Of a stretch of 64,000 nt of DNA, positions 13,568-24,752 are shown piece after piece. The translations under genes and the position numbers were made by a program. The notes beneath the pieces were generated by a model. That model worked only from the letters and a program-made list of their open reading frames with translations. It was not told where the DNA came from and made no database searches. Positions within the stretch are counted from its first letter, which is position 1. Every line of letters begins with the position of its first letter. The DNA lies in NCBI GenBank assembly GCA_010093605.1, contig MU004187.1, forward strand, positions 682,001 to 746,000, given 5' to 3'. The DNA comes from Lophium mytilinum (Eukaryota).

Positions 13568-14397
13568 CTTGGGTATATGTTATCAAACTGTGCGATGAGT
13601 GTGTTGGAAGTCAGAGGCAGCGGAGTATGGCGGTCTAAAGAGGGTGTTGTGGTGTTGTAGAACGCGTCGCGCCAGTGAAAGAGAGATCAAGCAATTTCAA
13701 TACGGTTAAGAAAGCGGGAAGTACTGACTTTGTCGTTGACCCACCGCAGCGCCCTCGCTGCTAGTGAGAACACACGTTGCATTCGGATTTACAAGGTGGT
13801 ATGAAAGCCCTAAGTGATGGCCGTCGTAATTGGGGCAAATCCGATGAGATCTGTTGAGGATTTGATTCACAGCCAAGCGATCCAGGCCAACAGAAGTGCT
13901 CACTGAACGGCAACGCATAGCAGTTCGATCATGATTGGGCGGAAGACTGAACAGAACGCGACAGACCACGTGTAGTTTTCATCGAGATTCTATCGGTTTA
14001 CGTCATTTTGACAGGAAACAAAATGACCAGAGAGTACTTATCAGGCAAGCAGCCGCTCAGAAACGCCAGCTTACCACGTGAATGCTTTCCGCATCCGAGC
14101 TCACCATCGATACCTCCCGCACTCGTCACTGATTCCATGGCCACTAGGGTCACTCAGGGTAGGCTAATACCGGTCAGGAAAAGGGCACGTAGAAAGGGAG
14201 TTTTCTCAACTCAGCATGACCGGCAATTGTGTAGATCGCTAGGAGAGCACTCACGGGCTTGGCAACTCGATTCACGTTACCGATTGCTCGTTGTCCACTG
14301 TCGGGTAAGGCATCGCCACAAGTCGGGGCTTGAGCTTCATGCGCATAGGAGTATGGCAGGGATAGAGTAGCTTGTATCGCGGGGACGAGCATGGCTA

Positions 14398-15750
14398 TCA
14401 GTCGCGATTTCGATTTGGAATCCATCTCCGCAACACAAACTCGCGGACCTTGTACTGTGTCAAGATCTTGCCAATATCGGTCTGCTCGATTGCCACATCG
14501 GTCTGCGTCGGTGGCGGTATGTCCACATACACCAGAACTAAACTTTTATGCACCTGTGTCTGAACACGATTGACACGATGTAACCACCACCAATCCCGTT
14601 CAACGCCTTGCTGGGATGCCGCTTTCTGGTCCGGATTTTCAGTCCAGTACGAATGGCTGTAGGACGGTATGATAATGACTGCGAACTCGGCATGGGAGAA
14701 CACTGGCCCTCTGTTGTAAAGCAGGTAGTCGACAGCGAACTTCACGCCTGGACGGACTACCCAGCCCAGCGATCGGAAGTGATGGTACACAACGTATCTC
14801 AGAAGGAAGGCACCATCCGGCTGTAAGTATTGCGACTCACCAGAGGGGAAAGTCGAATGCTCAGCGAATAGTTTCAGAAGCTTCGAAGACGACATTGGTG
14901 AGTCTTTTTCAGACACCTCAAGAGCACCAAGAGCGTAGACTAAGAAGAAGGCCTCTTCGCAGGTCAATTGTAGATGCTCCTGATCCTCGACTTCTTCATC
15001 TATGTCCTCATCCACGTTTTCAGGGACAATTGAGTCATCTTGGGTTGCCGTTGTGGCAATGTGTGTGCCCGGAAGCGATGTGGGTGAGGGTAAGGCAACG
15101 CCGGCATCAAGTAGTATGTCAGTCGCAATGGAAGCTTCGACAGTCTGAATGAGCGCTGACTCCTCACGGATATCAGGAATGTAAGCTCCTCCCGGCATCT
15201 TCCCTTCGTCCTTCAATTGCTGTTCGATAGTCTCTCTTTCCTTTCTTGCGCGCTCCAGTTTGAACTGGCGTCGGGTCTCCCGTCTCTGCCGCGTTACTTC
15301 TTCGCTGGTCTCCAAGGCTATGAGCCCTCGCCTTCTCTTTTCCTGGTCCAACCAGCGAGGTTCGCTGCGACTGAGCGTGCCTTTTCCATAGAAGCCTTGT
15401 TCCCAAAGAGCTCGAATAGTTTTAGGATCTGTGATATGAACAGCTTGTGTATCGGGGGAAAAATAGCCCTTGTAGAGATTCGGCAAGTGAGACGACGGCG
15501 GCCAGAAATATTGGGAGACCGCTGTCAAAACGATTCGCGCAATGGAGAGCGGGTTGTGGGGAATGAATGATGGCACGGGATATATTTCTAGAGGTAGAGG
15601 GCGGCTGTGTATCTGAGCGTAGTTGGGCCTCTTCGGCCGAGGCGTCCGCTCTTGAGGTTTCGCAGCGACATTCTCAGGTAGCTTCCCATTCCCATGGCCA
15701 GATGTTACTGCCAGTACCACTCCATCCACACCGTCGACTTTGGAGTTCAT
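14398..15750 (-). CDS. SEN2: tRNA-splicing endonuclease catalytic subunit Sen2
   Basis: LWEQGFYGKGTLSRSEP, EHLQLTCEEAFFL, YHHFRSLGWVVRPGVKFAVDYLLYNRGPVFSHAEF, C-terminal RRWIPNRNRD; single exon. Confidence 0.93.
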   Translation of the reverse strand: MNSKVDGVDGVVLAVTSGHGNGKLPENVAAKPQERTPRPKRPNYAQIHSRPLPLEIYPVPSFIPHNPLSIARIVLTAVSQYFWPPSSHLPNLYKGYFSPDTQAVHITDPKTIRALWEQGFYGKGTLSRSEPRWLDQEKRRRGLIALETSEEVTRQRRETRRQFKLERARKERETIEQQLKDEGKMPGGAYIPDIREESALIQTVEASIATDILLDAGVALPSPTSLPGTHIATTATQDDSIVPENVDEDIDEEVEDQEHLQLTCEEAFFLVYALGALEVSEKDSPMSSSKLLKLFAEHSTFPSGESQYLQPDGAFLLRYVVYHHFRSLGWVVRPGVKFAVDYLLYNRGPVFSHAEFAVIIIPSYSHSYWTENPDQKAASQQGVERDWWWLHRVNRVQTQVHKSLVLVYVDIPPPTQTDVAIEQTDIGKILTQYKVREFVLRRWIPNRNRD

Positions 15751-16245
15751 ATCCGGGTCTAAATGGCGTCGTGTCGCCTAGTTCTTGTGTACGTTAGCTT
15801 TCGGTCGGGCGAAAATACGTGAAACAAGCATGTTGGTTTGCAGTTGCTCAGATACCGTTGTAGTCTAATACAAATTGGTCTCTCAGAGGAGAACGAAGAA
15901 ATCAAAATTCGCTCTTCAAGTGTACAATAAGGTGTCATCTTCGCAATTTGACGCGTCCGCGATGTGAAAAATGTGAGAGTTTTACTTACAATTTCTCAGC
16001 CCAAGCTGATAGACAGACGGACAAGCAGACGGCCGACAGAAGTGAGCCCTGGGGTTGTCGTAGACATCTCCAAGCTTGGTGATGATAGAGAGCAGGAGCA
16101 GCGCAGATTTTGATGTGAGTCGAAATGGCCGCGGCGCTACGTTCTTCCGGAGCTCTTATCGATAAGGCAGCACGCCAGAGGAACGTCAATCTGCCGATGT
16201 GAGACATTCATTCATCAAGCATAGAACGCTTCTAGATACCCAGCC

Positions 16246-18026
16246 ATGTTGCCCAGATCGAGGTGGTCCTTGAGACTGCCTCAAATAATCTACAGGCCCC
16301 TATCGACCTCCAACCGACCCCGAGGCCGTCCCTTAAAGAACTCCCTCAGCAAACCGCCACCTTCCTCGCAGTTTCTCCGTCACCAGAAACAACCCCAAGA
16401 GCCTGCTCCAGCTCAGCCAACTAATGATCCATCCAGGGTCGAAGCTGTCTCAACAGCTCTAAGCCAGGCATCTGATGCAGATAATGACCTCCTCACGCCC
16501 GTTCATATACCAGAGGATCCCCATGGCGTCCTCAAAGAAAACCACCCCGCCGTCTCGCTGCTCCACAACTCGTCCATCGTGGTACAGCGGCAAATCGAAA
16601 TGATGAATGTGTTTTTGGGATTCGAGCAAGCAAATCGATATGTAATAATGGATCCGCATGGGAATCACATTGGCTATTTGGCAGAGCAGGAGCATGGAAT
16701 GGGGAACGCTATCGCTCGCCAGATGCTCCGGACCCATCGGAGCTTCACAACACATGTATTTGATAAGCACGAGCGAGAAGTGCTTCGGGTACGTAGATCT
16801 GTGCCACCAAGCCATTAATAAATATCCCGCTTTAATTCTGTGTATATTCGTACTTACAAGTATGTTAGTTTCATCGTCCTTTCAGCTGGATATCTTCGAG
16901 GATCAGAGTCTATGATGCTCAAAATGATACTAAGTCATACTCGCCCTCCACATCTTTACAAGGCACGAGTGTTGGCTCTATTGCCGGCCAAACGTCTACC
17001 CATATCTCGTCCATACCCCTCTCCCAAATGCGAATCATCGGGTCAGCCGAGCAAGAGTGGGCACCTTTGCGTCGAAAATACAACTTGTTCCTCTCACGCA
17101 ACCTCAACCAAACCCAACCCGACCCGAACCTACCCCAGCTAACATCAGGCGATCTTCCTTTGTCCAACTCCAAAGCTTTACAAGTAGTAGAAGGCGACTC
17201 GCGTGAGACTGGAATGATGCAGTTTGCGCGTGTCGACGAGCCATTTTTATCCTGGGACTTCACGCTATTATCAGAAGACAAACGGCTGCTCGGCTCCGTC
17301 AACAGGAACTTCGCGGGCTTTGCAAGAGAAATCTTCACTGATACTGGCGTGTACGCGTTGCGAATGGATGCAGCAAGTCTTGCTTCGGAGCCGTCTCATA
17401 TTATTTCAAAGACCGGCGCACGTCACACTGAAGAAGTACAGTTGACGCCCGGAATGACGCTCGACCAACGAGCGGTTATGCTTGCTACGGCGGTGAGCAT
17501 CGACTTCGACTACTTCAGCCGACATAGCTCTCAGACTGGCGGTATGGGATTCATGCCACTGTGGTTTCCCATGGGCGGCGGCGAAGCTGCTGGAGGGGCA
17601 GCTGCCGGGGGTGCGGCTGAAGCTGGTGCCGTTGGAGCGGGTACTGCAGAGGCTCGGACTGCTATGGGCGAAGTTGGTTCTGTGGCAAGAGGTGTCGGAT
17701 CCGGTGAAGGTGCAATAGCCGGTGCAGGGACGATGGCTGGATGCGAAGCCATGCAAAGAGGTAGAGGTTCCTCTCCACAAGCGAATGAGGATGAAAGTCA
17801 AAGGGACCCCCTTGGTGGAGGAGGAGACCCGCGAGATGGGGACAGCCCGTGGGCTTCAGATGAAGATTCACATTGGTTTGGAGACGATTCCCTAGGCAGT
17901 AGTTCTGGACCTGGAGATAGCGGCAGTAACATCCCACCAGGGCCACAAGGACCAGGAGGTGATGGGGGTGGAGGAGAAGGCGGAGGTTGGCTTGATAGCT
18001 TTGGTGACTTCTTTGGCGATGATTGA
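16246..18026 (+). CDS. AIM25: Scramblase-family protein (Aim25-like, probably mitochondrial), 2 exons
   Basis: Arg/Ser-rich N-terminus, RQIEMMNVFLGFEQANRY, FHRPFSWISSRI after intron 16789-16868, WAPLRRKYNLF, REIFTDTGVY, LDQRAVMLATAVSIDFDYFSRHS. Confidence 0.88.
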
Positions 18027-18388
18027 AGCAATTAGGGCAAAAAAATGTATCACCACTCTGTATCCGGATAGTCTGTAAAGCAGAACACAATATATGACTC
18101 ACTACGAACAATACGAGAGACGTATCTTCATTAGAGCTAAACACAAGCTACACATGTCAGTCTCACTATAACGACCAATAAGGAAGCACTGGGCACGTGC
18201 GTCATTGGCGCGACTCCTGCAGAACCTCAACCTTCACCGTCACCTTCGCAGCCAACAACTCCGCTCCAATTCTTTAATACGCCACCCCTATATAAACATC
18301 TTCCAATCATCCCCACCGCTGTTACCTCCATCTCCCCTCTTCAACCTCCTCCAATACCGCCTCACAACCTTTAAACACCACCCCCACC

Positions 18389-18964
18389 ATGGCCAACCCC
18401 GCCAGCAAACGCCTCTTCAAAGAATACCGCGGCCTCTCCTCCGACCCGCCCGAAGGCATCACCGCCGGCCCCGTCACCGAGGACGACATGTTCCTCTGGG
18501 AAGCCCTAATCCAGGGGCCGGAAGGCACGCCCTTCGAAGGCGGCATCTTCCCCGCCGAGCTCAAATTCCCCAAAGACTACCCGCTCGCGCCGCCGACGAT
18601 GCGGTTTACCTGCGAGATGTGGCATCCGAACGGTAAGCAACCGTCCCCATACCGTCCAATCAAGTAAGATGTAAGAAAAACGGGTTAGCTAACGTGTTGG
18701 GGGTTGGCAGTCTACCAAAACGGCACCGTGTGCATCTCGATCCTGCACCCGCCCGGCGACGACCCAAACCACTACGAGCACGCGAGCGAGCGGTGGAGCC
18801 CGATCCAGAGCGTGGAGAAGATACTGATTAGCGTGATGAGCATGCTGGCGGAGCCGAATGATGAGAGTCCGGCGAATGTGGATGCGGCGCGGATGTGGAG
18901 GGAGCGGCGGAAGGAGTATGAGAGGATTGTGAGGGGGAATGTTAGGAAGGGGCTGGGGTTATAA
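18389..18964 (+). CDS. UBC7: Ubiquitin-conjugating enzyme E2 (Ubc7/UBE2G2), 2 exons
   Basis: [24 protein letters not shown], active-site [32 protein letters not shown]; intron 18633-18710. Confidence 0.95.
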
Positions 18965-19723
18965 AAATGATTATACGGCTGCGCGAGGCTTGTTGTGATT
19001 TTGGCCCACTGACTGAACTACTTGTGGTTGACACCGATGTCAGCGGAAAACCCGCTGTCAGCTCCTCTTTGGCGCGTAACAGCAACCTGCTTTCGAGCGG
19101 ATATGCGTCGGCCTGTTGTCTCGAGAAGATTGTATGCGGGACCGAGACTCCCTGGATGGCTCTTTCTACCTGGACACCTGGCATATTATGGTGGAGAACA
19201 GCACTTAACTTTTCCCGTTGTACGCAGGACTATGAAGTCAAGAATTGGAAGGAATGCACAGAATATGCCGCGTTTGGTGAAGGCGTCCAACAATCTCCCG
19301 TTGGTGGGAAGAGTTCGATCTGCAAGCAGCAAGAAGCCACCGGGAAGATGGGTCCTCGAGATGATAGAGACTTGGGTGGGGATGACAAGATAGAGGTTAG
19401 AGCACAAGAAACCACCATATTAGTATGCATGGCATGGCATTGCGTTAATTGATTTGGGTTTAAGGATCTATATCGTGGCGAGTTAGCGTTCACAAGACAG
19501 GCGATTTCATTGCCATTAAGAAGAAAACCAATTTTATTCAACGCATTACAAGCAAGATGAGCGCTCGCTGTTGAATGAGTGCCTGCGTGAAGGAATGCAG
19601 GCTTATACGCAAGTAAAGTCCAACCGTCCCTGGCCGCTCACAGAAGAATCAGTTCTACCCCATCGAACACAAGGAAAGAAGCAACAGAGAACAGCTCTCT
19701 AGCAATAAGACAGGTGGAAGGAA

Positions 19724-21519
19724 TCAATCAGACTCGCTCGGCCACCCTGAGGAAAGACTCCCATTCGCTTTCTCCTCTTCAGCAGGCAAAATTATAGGAG
19801 GTTCGGACTCTGGGTCGACGAGATCCTCCTGTAGCTCCTTTTCAACAGTCTTCGCCCTCTTCCCCGGCGAAAACGCACTGCTCGCCAGCCTCTTCTTGGA
19901 ACTCGTCGTATGGCCTCCCCTCATCACCGGGGCGAGCGGCAAGAACTGCGGCTTTCGGCGCGAGCGGCGCTCATGGTCCGCACGCGATGGATCTTTGCCC
20001 TTCCGATCCTCGTACGCGTGCTGAGGCATAGACGACATCTGCCGTTCCTCTTTCGCTGAGTCCGAGTCACCATCGTCCACGGAATCCTCGGGCGACAGAA
20101 TAATATCAACAGCAGGCGGGCTCTCTCGGTCTCGAGACATACTGTAGTCACCCTGGGAACTTTCCGAGGGCTTGGTGACGAGGTGCAGTCGCTTGAGTTT
20201 GCGACGAGTGAGCTCGGGGGCCCATTGTCCCGGAGGAGAGGGGGACTGTGCGTCTGCGTCGAAGAATCGGGATTTCGACTTGGGATCAAAGGCGCCGCTT
20301 GATCGTTGTCCGTTGGGAGTGATGTCTTGAAGAGCGCTCGAAGACGATGGGCTCATGGAGTCGTACCGGAACGGGTCGCGGTCGGATCCCCTTTGGGCGC
20401 GGCTGGATTCTGGGGTTGGCTCAGGGTCGATATCCTCATGAACGTGGACGAGTGACTTCTCGAGAGTTGGCACAATTTCTGTACTGGTCGGCAGGGCTGC
20501 AGGGGTGATGTCTTGGAGAGCAAAGATGGGAGACCTTTCGAAAGTCGGCACGACGTCCATAAGCGCACGTGTTTCTGTATCGAAGTAGTTCGAATCATCC
20601 GTGCCCGAGCGGCTATGTGCTCCTTCCTCAGGAATCCTTGGGCCTAGAAAGGGTGACGATCCTAAGAGCCTGTTGGCCCTGGAGATCTCGTCTCTGGCAC
20701 GCATAGACTCAGTAGGAGTCGGAGGCCTATAAATTGGAGACCACTTGGGGGACAGCGCAATGTCCTTGAAACCCGAAGCGGCATTAGCGCAGCGATGAGA
20801 GACGTTCAAGGTCGGGCGGGTCTTTGCTCCCGTTTCGAGACATTTTGACCCGGAAAGTGACGAGCCCAGAATGGAAGAGCGTGACTTTGATCGGTCGGTT
20901 CTGGCATCCGCAGGGTTTGCCCATGGTTGCTCCGAAGGCATGGCCATTTTGGACAGGTAATCAGGATCGAGTCCTTGCCCCCAAGGAGGACGTCGCCAAT
21001 TGATCATGTCGAACCTCTTTCGCTTTCCCTGGCCGTCAACACGCTTGATGGCGTCCTGTAGAAGCATGCAGCGTGCCGAACCGGCGATGATGAGCTCGTG
21101 ATCTCCATTCTCGAGATAACGCTTGTGCTGGCGCTCGTACGCATCTAGCCGAGCCTGGAGCTGGTCGAGGCTCATCTCGCAGTACCTGATCTTGAACCAG
21201 TTCATCACACGTACATCCCTCCGTACAAGGACCAGAGAAGACTCATGTCCAGATCTGCTGTAGTGACGCAGGTATCGGGAATGGCAATGTCCCCCATGGA
21301 AATGCGGCGTTGCTTGTAGGAGCAGAAGTCCAATGAGTTGTGGAACGCGGCTTGGCCGGCGATGGCATCGTTGAGGATCTTGAGGCGTTGTTCGTGGTAG
21401 GAAAAGGGGTGGAGTTGGTTGACGTAGTCCCATTTTCCGTCTGCTGCTTCGTCGAAGAGACCGTCGAAACGGCTGGCGTCTTCGAGACGGGCGAGCTCGT
21501 AGAAGCCACGAACTTCCAT
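19724..21519 (-). CDS. Hypothetical protein with long Ser/Pro-rich disordered C-terminus; 5' structure uncertain
   Basis: The 569-codon open frame 19724-21433 overlaps a second frame 21205-21519 that has the more protein-like start. The two can be joined only by a very short intron ending at CAG 21186 or by a frameshift. Confidence 0.55.
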
Positions 21520-22397
21520 GTCGGCGGCGCTAAGTGATGCTTAATAGTACACCGGGGTTATGGATGAGGTGGATGCGATGGGAGTCGTGAGATGGCGGGT
21601 GGAGAAGACAACATGGTCCCGGAACTTTGGGCATGACGAGACAACGATGGAAGGGTAGTTACGAGGCTTTGCACTCATGCTTACCCGTATATGTGAGGGG
21701 AGAAGGAAAGGACAAGTAGGCTGCAGCCACCAGAAAGCGCAACAGAGCGGCCGCGTTAGAAGCGCCTCCAAGCGTCAATACAAACCAACATTCAGTCCCT
21801 CAACCTCGAGGAGCCCGTTCATGTAGACGGTCTAGTCGAGAAGCGAGGAGTTCTACTTACGGCTCAAGTTTGCTATACATAGCGCGTGCGTGTTCAGAGA
21901 AAGTGAGAGTGGAGTTTCACGGGGAGTGAAGCAAGCATTGTCAGTTCGGCAGCCATCACCCGAAGGCTGTCAGGGTGTGATGCTGCTATCAGCTGGAAGG
22001 AATCTAGTGTGTTTTCCTTTTGAAGGCACTAACATCGCCGTGGTGTTGAGTGGCCACGATGAGTGCTGGTGTCAATGGGGGTCAGCGGACTTCGGGGATT
22101 GTGCGGCATCACATCATCGTGATCTCTCGCACGGTTGGCTGTGGCGCGCGATGAGCAACAGTTTGCTCCAAGCGGCTTGCTGTGGCAACTCGTAGCATAA
22201 GATACGGCTTCCAGGCCTTTGCGGTGCCATTGAGTGTCTTTTAGGTGCGAAAAAAGTGCCTTTTAAGTCTATCCTGCTGCCCCCAGATCGATCTGCAGTG
22301 TCATCGTCGCTGAATCCCCGCAAAATCGCACCACCGCCACTTCCCACTGCCAAGCAAGTGCACGAGAAATCACGCAATCGCAGAAAACAGGCCCAAC

Positions 22398-23743
22398 ATG
22401 GTCAAGGTGCGAAATGGCCCCCCTATAGGCCCTATACACACTGCCCGAAGGGGTAATTTGTATACATTCGGCTGACGCTAGGCCTAAAGCTCGAGCATAC
22501 CGTCCAGGAGCCTTTAAATCGAGAGCCGCCGCTCGAAAAGCTGATCTCCAGGTACTGAGCACTTCTGACATATCTCCACCTCCAGCCAGCCAACGAAATC
22601 ATATATCCAGCGAACCACCATGCTAACATATCCGTTAACACAGCTTCATCACTGAAGAGGGTGGCTATGACCGGAACCATGGGTGAGTATCCCACCCGCG
22701 TCATTCGTAGCACACCCATCTAATACACTCCCAGCCCAATCCCATACCTGGATGCCGCGACCCACCGCGTCGCCATCTACGGCACCGTTACTCAGCAAGA
22801 ATTCTCTGTCCAAGAGCTCGCCTCACTCCCCCAGCATACCGTAATATGCGCTCTCCAATGCGCCGGCAACCGCCGCCACACGATGCGCACCAAGCTCAAG
22901 GAAGTTAACGGCATCGACTGGTTCGACGGCGCCGTCATGAACTGTCACTGGCGTGGCCCCCGTCTCCGTGACGTCTTGCTGCACTCCGATCTGGACCTTC
23001 CGCACGAGAAGTGGAAGGACGCCCATGTCGCCTTCGCTTGCTTCCAGACGCCCTGTCAGGATGACGAGTACTACGGCGGCAGCATCCCGCTAGAAAGAGC
23101 TATGCAAGAGGATGCCGACGTGATCCTCGCGCTGGAGATGAACGGACAGCCCCTGACGCCGAACCATGGCTTCCCTGTGCGAGTCGTCACGCCGGGCATT
23201 GCGGGTGCAAGATCGGTCAAATGGCTAGACCGCATTACGGTGCAGCTGTCTGAATCGTCCAACTTCTACCAGCAGCGCGATTATAAGATTCTGCCCGAGG
23301 AGGCGGACTGCGTTGAGAAAGCGAAAGAGTGGTGGAACAAGTGTCCGTCGATCGTGGACATGCCCGTTAACTCTGTCATCGCGTTGCCGGCCTCTGAGAG
23401 CACAGTGAAGCGTGATGAGAACGGGCAGGTTGATGTGAAGGGGTATGCGCTACCAAGTGGACAGGACGGCCCCGTGACGAGAGTTGAGGTCAGCGCTGAC
23501 GGTGGCGAGACTTGGGTGCTAGCAGAGTTGATCCAAGCCGAGTCGCCGGAAAAAGGGGTGAGTCTGAAATGGTCGTGGACACTGTGGCAAGCGAAGGTGA
23601 AGCCGGAGCCTGGGACAGGGAAGAAGTTCTTGAGTCGAGCTATGGATAAGGGCGGCAATGTGCAGGCATCGTGTCCGAAGTGGAACCTAAGGGGAGTCTC
23701 CTACAACGGCTATGGTGAGTCGGAGAACGTTGAAGTCATATGA
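22398..23743 (+). CDS. Sulfite oxidase-family molybdopterin oxidoreductase (Moco and dimerisation domains, no cytochrome b5 domain), 4 exons
   Basis: Exons 22398-22406, 22490-22551, 22644-22682, 22735-23743 give MVKLEHTVQEPLNREPP..YDRNHG..ALQCAGNRR (Mo-ligating Cys)..MNGQPLTPNHGFPVR..GARSVKWL..QQRDYK..WNLRGV. Confidence 0.88.
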
Positions 23744-24349
23744 CCCTCTTGTCATCTCTTTAGTCGCATTTGCGCTTTCGGATTAGTTAGGTAACCTCAT
23801 CGGTATGAAGCGATAAAGCATCTTTGGTACAGTACTAGGATACAAGTTTGGGCAGAGTGTCTTTTCTATTGCGTACGGGTTATGTTAAGGTGATGGGGCA
23901 CCACAAACAGCGGCAAACGGGCTAATCGTCAGCCTGTGCAACAACCGTTTTCGACACCACGTGGTAGATGTGAAGAGTATAGTACTAAGCTAAAAGTCTA
24001 AGTATACGGACTTGCTAATATTCAGCTCCGGTCTTGTTCACTCAACATTACTAAAAGAAGCAGCCTAGGTAATCAGTAGACAGTAAGTTGAGCATCACTT
24101 CAGTTCACACGGCCTGGAACCTGACATCGTGCTAAATGTTTAGACCTCACGGGGGTACACACACAGTAATAAACAAGTACGCGTAATAAACAAGTATGCG
24201 TAGTAGGCTTCTGGCTTGTCACTGTATATAGTGCCTTTGCGCTTTCATTGCGTCCTTACACAAGAGCGGTGATGCTCGTCATCATCTCTTGAAATTTCAA
24301 AAAACGCAAAAAGAAATCCCCCTGTCGTTGCGGTTCGAACACAGGGTCC

Positions 24350-24567
24350 AAAAAAAGATTCAAGGAGCAAAAGTTCGCCGGGCAGGGCCCTACGCTACAT
24401 CTTTGTCGTGTGGAATGGCGCTCTACAGACCCAGGCTGGATTCCAACCCAGCCACGGGGGCGACTTACTAGTGCCCTGGGGGTCGGCCTGAGTCTCGGAA
24501 GACTCAGACGGACCAACCAGGCCACTGATTGCGCTATGGAGTGCCAAGGAATATTTGGAACTATATA
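24350..24567 (-). ncRNA. Candidate structured ncRNA gene with Pol III-like signals (family unidentified; strand uncertain)
   Basis: On the minus strand: TATATA 24567-24562, A-box match TAGCGCAATCAG 24536-24525, nested stems 24417-24545, T7 run 24356-24350, B-box-like GTTCGAAC 24340-24333. Confidence 0.5.
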
Positions 24568-24752
24568 CTTGAGTTGAGTCGCGCTCACATGCTAAATTGC
24601 ATTTACTTACTAAATCACGGCCATCACGCTCACTTACCAAACCACGTCCACCCGCTAGATCACGTTCACCTGTTACATCTTAATGGCTAAGCTGCACGCA
24701 CATACTTGATACCTCTACTCATCTATCTTGACGGCGACTATCTGTGTTCATA

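Noticed and set aside
24167..24203. 17-bp direct duplication GTAATAAACAAGTA(C/T)GC x2
   Set aside because: Simple local slippage duplication with no flanking structure.
24417..24545. tRNA gene or tRNA with intron
   Set aside because: The T-loop-like GGTTGGAATCC lacks the invariant C, and no D-stem or anticodon arm can be built. Kept only as an unclassified ncRNA candidate.
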